Assembly: GCF_001194135.2 (NCBI RefSeq)
Contig: NC_068982.1
Coordinates: 160,124,614 to 160,188,613, forward strand
Length of the DNA stretch: 64,000 bases
Reading direction: 5' to 3'
Source: Octopus bimaculoides
Lineage: Eukaryota
The position numbers and the translations under genes are program-made. Below are positions 51,229-64,000 of the stretch, in pieces (within the stretch, counting starts at the first letter, position 1; each line of letters starts with the position of its first letter). The notes under the pieces are model-generated. The model saw only the letters and a list, made by a program, of their open reading frames with translations, did no database searches and was not told where the DNA came from.

Positions 51229-52595
51229 CATATACTTACATACACTTGCGTAATGTATTAATTGTCAATCGCATTATAATGTAGTTCATATACAGTGCAT
51301 ACAGATACGCATATGTTATATATTATCTGTCAAGAATGTAACTGCAAATAACCAATAAGTTTGCTTCCCTTCGTTCACTTCATCAAACTGATTCTGTATC
51401 AGTTGTGATCTCATGAAATCTCGTTTCGCAATCTCGTCTAATAAAGTAGTAGTCTTGCCAAAATCTCTCAACTACGATTGAGTAATATCAAATATAACTC
51501 CATGCGGTTATTTGTCGTACTAAAAGGATTCTACTGATAAAAGAAATACACACATACTGACTCACGCATTGATACATGCATATACACATACGTACACGCA
51601 TATATATANNNNNNNNNNNNNNNNNNNNNNNNNNNNNNNNNNNNNNNNNNNNNNNNNNNNNNNNNNNNNNNNNNNNNNNNNNNNNNNNNNNNNNNNNNNN
51701 NNNNNNNNNNNNNNNNNNNNNNNNNNNNNNNNNNNNNNNNNNNNNNNNNNNNNNNNNNNNNNNNNNNNNNNGTGTGTGTGTATGCAATGCCGAGAGAGAG
51801 AGAGAGAGAGAGAGAGAGGTTGAAATGAAAAAGTGAGGAAAATAAGAAAGTGTTATGCCCATTTCCTATCTTTGAGATTGTACTCTCAAACTTTTGATCA
51901 ACGCGTTACTGGTTAGAAGTCAATTATATGAAGTGCCGTGCTTTAGAAGTGCACCATGAAGCATTTGCTAGTGAAGTAAATGTCTTAACCACACTACCAT
52001 ACATTCGCCCATAAAATGATACGTATCAGTTTTATAGTTTTAAGCGTACATCAGTGAATTTACAGCAACACTCAGTGTAAGCAGGAAATTTAAAATCCAT
52101 GGACATCCAGTAAATTAAACAGATTGAAGACGAATATAAATCAAAAATAAAGAGTGTAAAAATTAAAAGAAACGTGATTTATTACTATTTCATTTTCCTC
52201 TATTAACAGCAAAGAATTTTTCTCCAAATAATATATCAGTTTTTCCACGTTTTTCTTTTCCACGTCGGTTAAGATAGGAAACTGCATGCTGTAAAATTAT
52301 TTTGAGTTCCATAGTTATATAAAATTATCACAATTGTTTGAGACAAAAACATCATATATGAAGCAAATTTCTATCGTTAGTTAATTATATAATCAGATAG
52401 AAAGGAAAGATATTATATACAGTTAATGAGAAAGTTATTTAATATACTTAAAGATTCTTACACATATCTAGAGATGTTCCTAAATACAACATAGCTATAC
52501 ATATAATGTATGTCTAATAAAATACCATTCGTTCTTATTCACAGACACGCACGCACAAACACACACACACGCACGCACGCACACACACATACACA

Positions 52596-52640
<45 letters not shown>

Positions 52641-53495
52641 GCATGGAGATGTTCGAGCCACTTCTGAAGCATATATCAGCCATTTCCATTGAAAACGACA
52701 GTATATAATCTCGCGCTGTGTTGATTTTATTGGAAAAGAAGGGTTATTATCTGAATAAATTTGCATATGTTTTATAAATAATAATGAAATCGATCATTAA
52801 ATGGTTTACTCGCACCAGGTTTATTGAGTTTATAAAATATATAAATTTTCTGATACTTTCTTTCACTGATTCATATTCCCGTAATCGTGTTCTTGACTTC
52901 AGAATCATACGTGTAGTGCAGTATGTAATGGCTTATTCGAGATCATTTTCGTATGTAAGTATAATTGAGTGTAGGCAACGATGAATAACGAAAATATCAT
53001 ATAGATAATTATTATGAAGTTGAAATTGCAGGATGGAAGCTTAGAGTAAATGCTTAAGAGCAGAGTTAATAATTTACACCGAGCTCTCTAGAATATACAT
53101 ATTTTCGAGAGATATTCGCATGCACATATATATTCATGAGCATCTGCATGCAGTTATTATTTGTAGCTTAACTGCATTTAACATTCGTAACTTTGCGTTG
53201 TTTCTGTAAATATACACATGCAAGTCTTAATATTTTATTTTATTTTGCGAATATTTCGTACTTTAGTTTCTCAAGTATTGACACGTATGCTCTAGCGGCA
53301 ACTTCGCTTGTATTTTCACATGTAACATTCTTATATACCTTGGAGGGATTATGTACAGTTCGTGACAGTTCCTATATTTATAGATATTTCAGTTTCAACT
53401 TCTCTGAGATGTTATTCCTTCTGAGGCACTACAGTTCATAGCAATTTACGTCATAAATTTAAATCATAAGATTCAAGGCAGATTATGGTTTATTA

Positions 53496-54560
53496 TACAA
53501 GGGTTGTTCCAAACATAATGTAAGAATAGTCATACCAATTTCTTAACTGACATAAACTGTTCAAATTACATATGTCGGTAGAATAACTCTTTCGCTATAC
53601 AAATGTACTTCACAACAATCTTGAAAAGCGCTACATTTGCACAATCAGTGAGCCTAATTCTTGAATTCTCTTCTGCATTGTTGTGCCCTCTTTAGTTGTG
53701 CAATGTTGTACTCATTTCTTGGCAGCCAATTTTACATCGGGCGTATCCTCAAATTGTTGTCAAAGATGAACGAACTTCCATTGAATCGGGGTGGAAATCG
53801 CAAAGCACCAGATCTGGGCTGTACGAAGGATGGGGGGAAAAGTAACAAACTCAGTTCGCCGAATGCTTGATTTGCTGCCAAACATATGAGTATCCTCGCA
53901 TTGTCATGGAGATCATTTTCATACTCCTGTTTACTCTCTTTGCCCTAATGGCTTCTCTAAGTTTACACTTCAGCGTGCTCCGAATAAAGCGTGGAGAATG
54001 GTGCCCTAGTTGTCTACGAAGTCACTATGATTTCCTCTGCCGTTCGCTGGCTGTTCAACTGATTAGGCCTAGAATTGTGATGTCATTCCATTGGTTGAAC
54101 ATTCGTTTCTGGTTTTAAAAGATGCGGTCATATTTGGTCCCCTGTCATCAGTTCAAAAAGTAATGTGTCTGCATTTGGTTGAAGTGCTTCTAGCAGAGTA
54201 GAGCAGACTTCCACCCTTCTCTTGAAATCGGATGTCAGTTGCGTAAGTGTCTATTTTGCACACACCTTCTGGTAAGTGTCTTTTACCATTTTCGGTAACG
54301 CTATGTAGTAGCATCCATTTGTTCGGCAACGTCACGAATTGTGGTTGATCTGTCCGTATGCGTCAAAGCATCCACTGACTGTCAGCGGTCGCAGGTGATG
54401 GTCTCCAGCTGCGCTAATTACTTTTAATGATTGTTTCCTTCCCTATAAACGTCTTCATTTATCTATACACATTCCACTTCTCAATAGTTCTATCTGTAGA
54501 TATCATCTGTAGACTTTTGTCTATGTCGGACAGGCTGCACCATTCCTTTGTGAAAAACTA
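53496..54560 (-). mobile_element. Decayed mariner transposon
   Basis: Terminal TACAAGGGTTGTTCC at 53496. Minus-strand motifs KVCA, MTGD, KPET...MEWHH, KLREAIRAK...LHDNAR and PSYSPDLVLCDFH occur in mariner order. The far (5') end was not located. Confidence 0.7.
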
Positions 54561-56656
54561 AAAGACGGCTCGTTGCTTTTGACTAGTTGTACATGACTAG
54601 TTGACTACGATGAAAAATAATGGGATCACGATTAATATACACTCAATGAAAAGTTTCTGCCAACTTTTACTTTAGTTTCGAGCTAACCCCTAGTGTACAT
54701 ATACAATTGCTACATGGTAGAATACAATTTGTATTCTGGTTTAAAGATTTCCACATATTTGTGAAGAATGAGAGTGGAGGAAAAGATGTGAAGTTGCGGG
54801 ATTTAGGGGACAATGGATTTGCTTGAGAAAGACTAAGACTTGTATTATTTTGGCCGTGCATGACCGGTAATATAAAAGTAACTACAGCATATGATACAAA
54901 TCAAGTAAATTTCTCTGTATGAAGGAAAATTTAATTGACAAAAGGAAATCCTGCTCATTTCACAGAAATATACGATAATACTATTTTTTCTACTTTGAGC
55001 TGTATATATTGTGTTTTATAGATTACATTTCATGAATAAGATTTCCAACCGAATGTTTATTTGTAAATAATACTTGTGCTTTGCATGTTAAGCATGAATA
55101 GTACATTACCGGCAGCGACAGCAGAAACGAGATACTCAACAAATGTGTTCATTATTATGACCGTCACTACAGTTGTTAATGTTACCCATGTTAATTTCTT
55201 CATAATCAACGGAAAATATGTTAGTTTGCCATAATCAGCAGGAAATATTTCAAATTGAAATAAATACTTAATATCGTATATAATACCGTAGAATTGACAG
55301 TTCATTAAATCTTTCAGCCTTAGCAATCTAAGAATTCTGTTGAAGTTTTATGTAAACATGTCTTTCAGGGTAATACCAGTTGAACATTAATTGTGCAGTC
55401 AGTCGGTAGCACCATCTGTTCCGGTTCCTTCCTCTCGGCATTAGTTTTCTGATAAGTACATGTTTCTGGCATGAATTTGTCCAGCTTTCCTCTGAGGTCA
55501 ATAAAATAATTACTTGAAATATATAGAAGAATAATCTGCAGTATAGACTTTAACAGAATAAAGAGTTTTGTGTCTGTAGAGAAATATTATTTTATAGTGA
55601 ATCCGATTGTGCTGATTTTGTAATAGTTGGCACAATGGAAATGATGGAACCAATTTATGAATCACTTCTAAAACGTTTCAAGTTATTCAATAAATGTTAT
55701 TCCCACACTTTCGATCAGCGTGTCCCTTTAAGAATATACATTCCCAGGTATTTTCTTTTTACATTCAATCATTTTATTTTACGTAATTAATTTTCAATTT
55801 TGATATAGCACAAACTATTTTCTGTTACTGGGTAGTCAATGAAACTCGTGCAATCTGTAGCATATATCAAATTGTAACAGTAGATAACTCCAGTCTCTCT
55901 TTGAGATTGCATGGGCTCTATTTTATGCTTGATACCGAAAGGATATTTGGTTAGCAACTTATTCATATAGGTGGCTGTTATTTGCCATCACTAGTAATAT
56001 TTTTCTTGTGACTTCTCTGTATCGAAAATATGGTAACAACGCTTTCACATTTTCAGTAACCTTTATTAATGGAGCACATTTTATGAAAAAATATAATTTC
56101 TAATTAGATATGATTACATTTAAAGTATCAAATGTTAAAACATCTCTCTAAAATCCAATATTCTTGGTATAGTAACTCCTTATAATTCTAGCCAATGAAG
56201 ATGAACGAGCACCTTTCATTTCTAAACCTCGTTACTGCAGATTATGAGGTTATCACCCACTGGATTTGCTTTCCTGTTGAAGATATTTCGTTTAATTTTC
56301 ATTAACAAATATCTCTCTTTTTTTATTATTGAGCCAGAGACTTCTTTTGGAGGCATTTATGCCACGAATTTAAGCCGGATTACATTCCTTAATTCTTTCA
56401 GTCAGTCTCAGGAAATAATCATGTGCGTTGCGCTTTAATCTTTGAGTAACATTTTAAGACAAAAATGCAATGAAACTGAATTCAGCTGAGATTAATGGAG
56501 TGAAGAGTGAAGAAATGCGGAAACTCGAACGTTGATGAAGGTGTACACTTATTATTATGCTGTCAGTATTGTAGATTACGTAGCTAAATGCTGGATTTCC
56601 ATTCGGATTTCAAACTTATGAACTTTAAATACCGTGTTGTTTTATTAAAACCGCCT

Positions 56657-56725
<69 letters not shown>

Positions 56726-58000
56726 TTCCCCTTCTATGCTGCAGATTACATATTTTATCTTGCGATAAAGCCAGAAACTATAGAAACTCTTTTATCTTTA
56801 GACTCTGTGAACGTATTTCTGCAACTCCGTTATTTCGAAAGCAGTTGTCGCTCTTTGGCTCTTTTCTTGGAGAAACAAGCCCGACCTCAAGAAGTTGGAT
56901 AGATTCCTAATTTATCCCTTCACTGGGAACAACAGGTGAGGATACGTGTTCACTAAAAAAAGCGAGAACAAACCATAAAACAAACGAAAAGAACACAACA
57001 TTGATAATAAAGAACAGTGTGGCTAAAGTAGTCTCCACCATCACCACCACCACTATTACCAATTTCCCATGCATTGCCGAGAAAAGATAAGGAAGCAGTT
57101 GCAATAACAACCTGCTGAGCAGAAACACCAATAGCAACAACAAAAATCTAGAGAGCCGCATCAAGAAAAGAAAAAGCAAAAACATCTGGACAACAACACG
57201 AAGAAAATTATGATGGCCAATCATCACATAACAAAACCAAGTGTATGCAGAAAAATAGAAATAATCGTACTAAAAAGTATCATCAAACAGGTCACCGTCA
57301 GCAACTCAACAATATGTACGATAGCTTCTATAACTCAGTGTATCACCATTATCATAGTCACAACTTCAACTGCTGTTGTTTTCACACATTACTATTGCTT
57401 AACAATTGCTTCAGCCAAAGCCAAGTTGCTCTACTATAAGAAAAGTTAAAATTGCAGTCCAAGCAGATACGACGAAAACATGAAAAGAGATCAATGAAAC
57501 CAAACTAGCGGTAGCATCCGATATATGTAGAGCCACACATAATAACAAAAAAGGATCATCATGAATTTCAATGTTGTATAAACAAGGATCAGTGGGTTAA
57601 GTGAGAGCTCAACATGTCGAAATCTGTTAACAAATGATCTGAAAGAGTCACCAACAAATCTAGGCCGCACGCATTTCTGAGAAATACTTCATCAGGCATC
57701 TGCTTAACACATAGAATACTTTCGTATATGATACAGGAATTTTGGAAATACAGAGGGCAAGAGCATTTTGGCCGGCTTTTTCAAGGAATTCATTGCACCA
57801 AAGCTTCTTGCGTCCATCGATCTCGGTAGGCGACCTCGCTGACGTATAGTTTTCGAGCAGCATAGCAGTAATCTGAGATATTTTCATCAAAATATCGGTT
57901 TAATTATAGGCGTAGTACTACTAATTTTAAGTTAAGAAAGAACACAGATCGTTTAAAGGTGTTTACCCTCACAATTATGTTAAATGAGCGTTATTTTCTA

Positions 58001-58215
58001 AGGCGGCCATCTGGCAGAATCCTTAGCTACCCGGACGAAATAATTAGCTGCGTTTGGTCGGTCATTACGTTATGAGCTCAAATTCCGCTGAGGTCAACTT
58101 TGCTTTTTTCCCCTTTCGGTGTCGATATAATAAGTACCAGAAGATCACTGGAGTCGATGTATTCGACTATCCAACTTACCCCAAATTTTAGGTCTTGTGG
58201 CTAAAATAAAAGCAA
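58001..58215 (+). mobile_element. SINE family B
   Basis: AGGCGGCCATCTGGCAGAATC...CAAATTCCGCTGAGGTCAACTTTGC...CCTTTCGGTGTCGATATAATAAGTACCAG...GAGTCGATGTATTCGACT. Confidence 0.88.
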
Positions 58216-58395
58216 TCGTTACTGTAATTATAAATTTTAGCGTTTAAAATGTTGATGGCACGCAAACACACGCTTATGAAACTGTATGTGTATGAAGTGC
58301 TGAATGAGGTGGGATGGGGAGATAATTCCACTGACTACGGCACTGAAGAACGGTAACTCGGCTTAACTCAACTCTCAAACATTACCATCTTGATT

Positions 58396-58460
58396 ACAGG
58401 ATACGAAAAGGTCCCAAACTGTTGATTAGAATATTTAACAGGGACCTTTTCGTATCCTGT
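58396..58460. repeat. Perfect 20-bp inverted repeat (65-nt hairpin)
   Basis: ACAGGATACGAAAAGGTCCC (58396-58415) and GGGACCTTTTCGTATCCTGT (58441-58460), with a 25-nt spacer. Confidence 0.95.
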
Positions 58461-59896
58461 GCCTTCTAGGCGTTTGATTATTTCAGTACCAGAGTTTCTT
58501 CTGTTGTTATGGGCTTCCAAGTGTTGAGAGTGTTCAGGCTCAGGGTTGTTTTGTTCAATCATTTTAAGATTCGCCGACTCAATCGTGGTGAAAGTTCACT
58601 CTTGACATAGCTATTAGTGTATCCCAGTAACGGTGTCTTCACTTCAGAGGTAGAAAATATCTTAGTCTTCAAGAATTACTGATATTATACAATGCTCAAG
58701 CAATAGAACATTGCCCTCAGATGTCTCCCGGTTTTGCTGCTGCGCACATCGACACCTCTGATCTCACCAATAAAATGATCACTATGCTGGATTTAACAAA
58801 CCCTTTCACGTCCTCCAGCCTACCAGCTGAGGCTGGAGAATGTCTGTGGAAGCTCTGTCTCTTTTTGCTGCCTTTCCTACCATTGCTCTCATAACTTCTG
58901 TACATCGAAGCTCGATGAACTCATTGCATCTTCGCTGGGGTGCTCCTGTTTTACTCGCATCTCCTCATTTTATCACCTTTGATGTATCGAATTCCTAGCC
59001 CCGTGTCAATCCATCTCTAGTACCGTCGTACCCAGAGCGACAATGCTTCGGAATTCCTTCTCCGTTAATATCTTTCTCTTTATCTCCAACTCAGAAATGT
59101 TCATGGTTGTCTCATTCGTATATACGTGTCTGCAAAGACGGTGGCTAAATCCACATCGGTGAGATCCAGCAGGTTAAAAAAAGGCATGATTGCATTGTAT
59201 ACGATGAACGGTCAAAGCCGGCAGGTTATAATTTGAAACATATTAGTGTGGAATTTAGAACAGGATAAATAACCTCTCGGAGACTTTCTAATTGTTTCGA
59301 TTAAGGAAGCAATGATGGTGGAATTTAGCATATGATGAGACAGGACTGATCAAATATTTTTCAGCCGTAATTATTCCTTTCTTTAATGTACAATCTACAA
59401 CATCAAATCTGTTCTTCAGTTTTGAAGATCATATGACATAGCTTAAACGATATTTGATAATTATGTGTAGGGACTCTGTAGAAGATTCTTCATTCTCTGT
59501 TTTCAAAATATAAAACAGCATTGCTTCACTCCGGTAAGTCCAAGTATATTTGCTGCGGACCATACTGGGTATGTTTAATCATTGTTTTGCATTCTGACCT
59601 TTTTTTATTCAAATTACATAATATTTTATAAATGCTTCTTTGTTCTGTTTATATATATTATCTGCTATAATATTTGGTATGCATGTGTGGCTATATCTCT
59701 GCAGCATGCTAGCGTTTTGCTTACCGCTTGATTACATTTTCCCTACACATTCCAATATCATCTGTTGAAGTTCATTTATCGAAGAAACATAAAGGAGCAG
59801 ATCACACCACTTTCTAAAAAATAGAAAGTGAATAATATATATGTATGTTTGTGCCACATATATTCGTATATGTGCAAGTAGCTATGTGTACGTATG

Positions 59897-59929
<33 letters not shown>

Positions 59930-61114
59930 CAATTTCATGTGAGCCAATTTTCTATCATCAGCATATCGCGAAATTATAGCCAATCTTTTGGAATGAGTTG
60001 CCGAAAATCTCTTGGCGTCCGAATTCTGTGTAACTATGATAAAATATAACTGCCATATATTGCAATAAAATAGGGAATAAGTTCCCTGAATGATTATAGT
60101 GACAAAATGCCCGGATAAAATGGCATCATGCAAAAATTGAAGAAAAGAAAGATGATATCCCACGAGCACGAAAATGAGATGAAGCACGAAATATATTCGG
60201 TATGAGATTATTGTGGAACCAAAATGATAAATGAATAAATAAATGAATAAATAAATAAATAAATAAATAAAACTTATGCGTCGAGAAACGAAGGCAGTGA
60301 ACTAGACAAGGTAGTAAGTAGTTGCTGGATAGCAATCTTACCTTTTATATTCTGTCAAAGTGCTCGGGAATTTGCTTTTAGAGAATTAATGGTAAACAAA
60401 AAGCTGAAGCATGAAAGCATATATAAAGTTATTATTCAAGAACTCTGTCGCGAAAAGAAGGCGATCATGTGGACGCCTTAGGATAACAATCTTAGCATTT
60501 CTCTTCTGTGAATGTAGCCACTGAATTTTCCTTTTAAACTATTATGCAAAAATGAACAGACGCTTGCATAAGTGCAAACGTATTTTTTTGAAACACTTCC
60601 GTTTCTGTTTCATATCTTATATAATATATTCACCCGTATCTTGCATTTTGCCATTACTATATCACGATTGAAATGAAATGTTTCAGTCATATCTTCACCG
60701 CAACCAAATCCTTTATCACTTCCAAGCCTCGAAGGGCTCTTATGCACGTCTCGACCGGCTGGAAATAACAGCTAATTCTCCTTCAAATCATGCAATTTGA
60801 AGAAAGAGAGATTTCGTTTTTATTTGTTTTTTTTTCTCATTTCATTAACCTTCATGAACTCTATTCTTCAGATCTACTCTCATATTTAGCTTTTCTGTGA
60901 GGTGTATCAATAATTGTGCTTTAGATGTCGTTAATTTCATGCTTTATGCAGACATTTAAATAAATGAATACGGGCAATTTATAACTGTAGACTAGCTAAC
61001 CTAGATTTTCAAGAAGGCCCCTTCAAATAAACTGATACAATTAATAAGTAATCAAGCGTTATCCTGTTCCGTAGACATATGTATTTAGGTATATACATAT
61101 ATATATACATACAT

Positions 61115-61145
<31 letters not shown>

Positions 61146-61149
61146 AACA

Positions 61150-61345
61150 TATACGTATATATATGGGAGAATATACAAATAATAACAACAGACGAGGACA
61201 GGTGGTGTAAATAACAAAAGTATATATTAGTATGACGCTCGGGAATACGGAAAGTCTTTGACGTTTCGAGCTACGCTCTTCAACAGGAAGAATACGGAGA
61301 CACGGAGAAAAACACGGAGAAAAAAAATTGAATAGTGTTCAGTCA
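61150..61345 (-). mobile_element. Terminal-repeat fragment of a second Penelope-like family
   Basis: Contains a minimal hammerhead-like fold and lies between microsatellites. No ORF is present. Confidence 0.55.
61255..61291 (-). ncRNA. Minimal hammerhead-like motif, variant core CUGUUGA
   Basis: Minus strand UCUUC-CUGUUGA-A-GAGC(gua)GCUC-GAAAC-GUC-AAAGA: stem II GAGC/GCUC, GAAA, GUC triplet and stem I UCUU/AAGA. Core position 6 is U instead of A. Confidence 0.55.
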
Positions 61346-61409
61346 ACGGTCAATCATAATATATATATGAGAGAGAGAGAGAATGAGAGAGTGGGAGACA
61401 GAGGGAGAG

Positions 61410-61460
<51 letters not shown>

Positions 61461-61517
61461 AGAAAGACAGAAAGCAGAGAGACAGAAAGNNNNNNNNNNA
61501 AAGCAGAGAGACAGAAA

Positions 61518-61518
61518 G

Positions 61519-61580
<62 letters not shown>
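61518..61580. repeat. (GATA)n repeat within a GA-rich compound microsatellite (about 61365-61600)
   Basis: Direct reading. Confidence 0.95.
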
Positions 61581-62169
61581 GCAAATAGAGAGATAGGGAG
61601 AAAACTCGGGAGCAATCAGCCCCTATATCTAATTGCGAACATGTGTCATTGACAAGGCAACGAATGGCTGTCACCTGTCATCTGTCTTACGTCATATGTT
61701 TGTGTTAGTGTGAGTACAAAGAGAGAGAAAGAAAGAGATAGAGAAGGGAAGGGAGAGAAAGAGAGAGTATCACACAAACACAAGACATTGACCTAAACCT
61801 GAGGTAATTTATATTACTAATATCAGCTGGATGCATTAAATTGTTGCTCCAAAACACGGGTAAAATTTTCAATAATATAAATGTCAAGGAAACACGAATA
61901 ATCTTGAAACAAAAACCGAATTTATTTATTGATTAAATAGATAATACTGACATGGAAAACCCACAGGCTTTTTACTCACAGAATTTTAGAATACAATAAA
62001 ATGCTCCGGGAGAGAAAATGGATAGAGAGAGAAAGCGTAGACAACATGAAAACCAAGTAAAAATGCAACATGAAAACCAAGTAAAAATGCAAAAGAAACA
62101 GATGGAGAACATATCAAAATAAATTATTCAAGTCTATCAAACAATGAAAAGGTTAAATAAATTACTATA

Positions 62170-62475
62170 ATATATTTAAACGACGACGATGGTTCCAACT
62201 AATATGATCAACGGAATAGCCTACTCGTGAAATTAACGTGCAAGTGTATTCCACAGACGCGCGTGCCCTAAACGTAGTCCTCAGAGAGATTCAGCGTGAC
62301 ACAGAATGTAATAAGTCTGGCCCTTTGTAAAACATACTTCTAATTTTTTTGTCAGCTGAGAGGACTGGAAGAACATGAAATATATTGTCTTGTTCAATGA
62401 CACAATGCCAGGAATCAAACTCATGACCTGATGATCAAGAGTCGAACACCCTAAGCATTAAGCTACGCTCTTTCA
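62170..62475 (-). mobile_element. SINE family C, full length
   Basis: Reverse complement begins AAAGAGCGTAGCTTAATGCTTAGGGTGTTCGACTCTTGATCATCAGGTCATGAGTTTGATTCC, then TTCTTCCAGTCCTCTCAGCTGACAAAAA. Homologous to 46156-46405. Confidence 0.85.
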
Positions 62476-63036
62476 CATTATATTTTACTTGTATCTGTTT
62501 CTGAGTCATAATGTCACTCATGATAATAGAGATAACTGCGAGACATATTGAAAGCTAGAATTCTGCGAAGGCATGTGACAAGAATAAATTAACTTCAAGA
62601 GTGGAATATAGAATGTTCATGAAAAAAGCCAACACTAAACCTTAAAAACAAAGAAACAAACGAGAGTGGAAAACCTAGTGATGCTCTGCAAATAGGTGCC
62701 CCAGCATGACCGCCGTCTAATGACTGAAACAAACGAAATACGTCAAACAGATAAAAGCGGAGAATATTTTATTCTGACTGATGAAAAGAGAGAAAGCACA
62801 AGCAGTTTAAAGTAGAACACTCCGTAGATGAGAACGGATCTCTCAAATGTGGTGAAGGATACTTAATTTAGGATTATTGATAGCGTGAGCGAAGGGGAAA
62901 TCAGATTGGAGGGAGAAGTAAGAAGTGTTATTGGAACGAGGGTTGATGAGAATAAAATAAAACGAACGCCAAGCTGAAAGGGAGTTAATTACTCAGAAAC
63001 GCTAAGAAGGTATACAAACACTCGTAGGTATGCGTG

Positions 63037-63073
<37 letters not shown>

Positions 63074-63411
63074 NNNNNNNNNNNNNNNNNNNNNNNNNNN
63101 NNNNNNNNNNNNNNNNNNNNNNNNNNNNNNNNNNNNNNNNNNNNNNNNNNNNNNNNNNNNNNNNNNNNNNNNNNNNNNNNNNNNNNNNNNNNNNNNNNNN
63201 NNNNNNNNNNNNNNNNNNNNNNNNNNNNNNNNNNNNNNNNNNNNNNNNNNNNNNNNNNNNNNNNNNNNNNNNNNNNNNNNNNNNNNNNNNNNNNNNNNNN
63301 NNNNNNNNNNNNNNNNNNNNNNNNNNNNNNNNNNNNNNNNNNNNNNNNNNNNNNNNNNNNNNNNNNNNNNNNNNNNNNNNNNNNNNNNNNNNNNNNNNNN
63401 NNNNNNNNNNN

Positions 63412-63445
<34 letters not shown>

Positions 63446-63816
63446 GGAGAAAACTCGGCCAATCAGCCCCTATATCTGTCATTGACAATGCAGCGAAAGG
63501 CTGTTATACGTCATCTGTCAACGTAGCGAAGAGTTATCGACCACCAGCGATATCTGCAGGAGTGCTTTTATGCACAAAAAGTCCATACGAGAGGTTCTCT
63601 CACGGTAAATAAATCAGTATTCTTTGTTCCAACACAACATCCACTTTTAAATGGGGATAAATATTACCTTTAGTGTTAATAGTGTTTATATCGCAAATAA
63701 TTACATATATAAATGATGCATATGAGTGTGTGTGTTTGTATGTGTGTATGTATGTATGCGTGTGTGTGTATGTGTATGTGTGTGGAGTGGCATTTCCTCC
63801 CTCTTTATTTACCGAA

Positions 63817-63902
63817 CTCTAATTGCGCTGAGGTAGGCTTTGCCCTTTGTCCTATTGAGGTCGATAAAATAACAATCCGTCAGGTACTGGGTGTCACTGT
63901 AA
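63817..63902 (+). mobile_element. SINE family B fragment
   Basis: GCGCTGAGGTAGGCTTTGCCCTTTGTCCTATTGAGGTCGATAAAATAA...GGTACTGGG. Confidence 0.6.
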
Positions 63903-64000
63903 TGAAACGAAACTTTCACTCAAACACTACTGACCCTGTGACAGAGTTTGAAACCATGATGTTATATATATATATATGTGTGTGTGTATGTGTATGTGTG

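Larger units (their letters stand above)
57660..59150 (-). mobile_element. Old RTE-like LINE reverse-transcriptase fossil, interrupted by a SINE
   Basis: Minus-strand fragments EVMRAM.GKAAKRD...DIL (cf. EV..AI....GKAAG.D.I), CLSIV...VILERL, KMIEQNNP (cf. KCREQN.PL) and, further 3', VKQMPDE (cf. V.RM.D.R) occur in order, with many indels. Confidence 0.5.

Noticed and set aside
55260-55490. Open minus-strand frames with possible splice sites
   Set aside because: Joining them needs a ~49-nt intron, two frames are equally open and nothing is recognisable.
62042-62089. 24-bp unit repeated twice
   Set aside because: Ordinary slippage duplication; no spacers, not CRISPR-like.
193-63612. Most ORFs in the supplied track (poly-X, HT/CV/YI/ER/SL-rich)
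   Set aside because: They run through N-gaps or are translations of microsatellites; there is no coding evidence.

Overview
AT-rich eukaryotic genomic DNA from a gapped short-read-type assembly, with 15 N-gaps, most bordered by (TA)n/(CA)n/(GA)n microsatellites. The repeat content resembles an Octopus (cephalopod) genome; this is an inference from composition and repeat families. I could not identify any host protein-coding gene, rRNA, true tRNA or CRISPR array. The window looks intronic or intergenic and is dominated by decayed mobile elements: several mariner (DD34D) copies, a Tc1-type element with DD36E spacing, an internally deleted pogo-type DD35D element with a PHD finger, an R4/Dong-like REL LINE, two APE/RTE-like LINE fossils, Penelope-like pieces, one LTR with a tRNA-Ser primer-binding site, and three tRNA-derived SINE families. 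The most interesting signal is a Penelope-like family whose 3' repeat carries both a tRNA-type Pol III promoter and a minimal hammerhead ribozyme. It appears directly behind a GIY-YIG ORF remnant (2.4-3.0 kb) and as a stand-alone, TSD-flanked, ORF-less unit (11.3-11.7 kb). Other notable items are a second variant hammerhead (61.3 kb), the DD36E transposase (44 kb) and a perfect 20-bp hairpin inside a decayed LINE (58.4 kb). All family assignments come from reading and translating by eye, not from database searches, and boundaries of old fossils are approximate.
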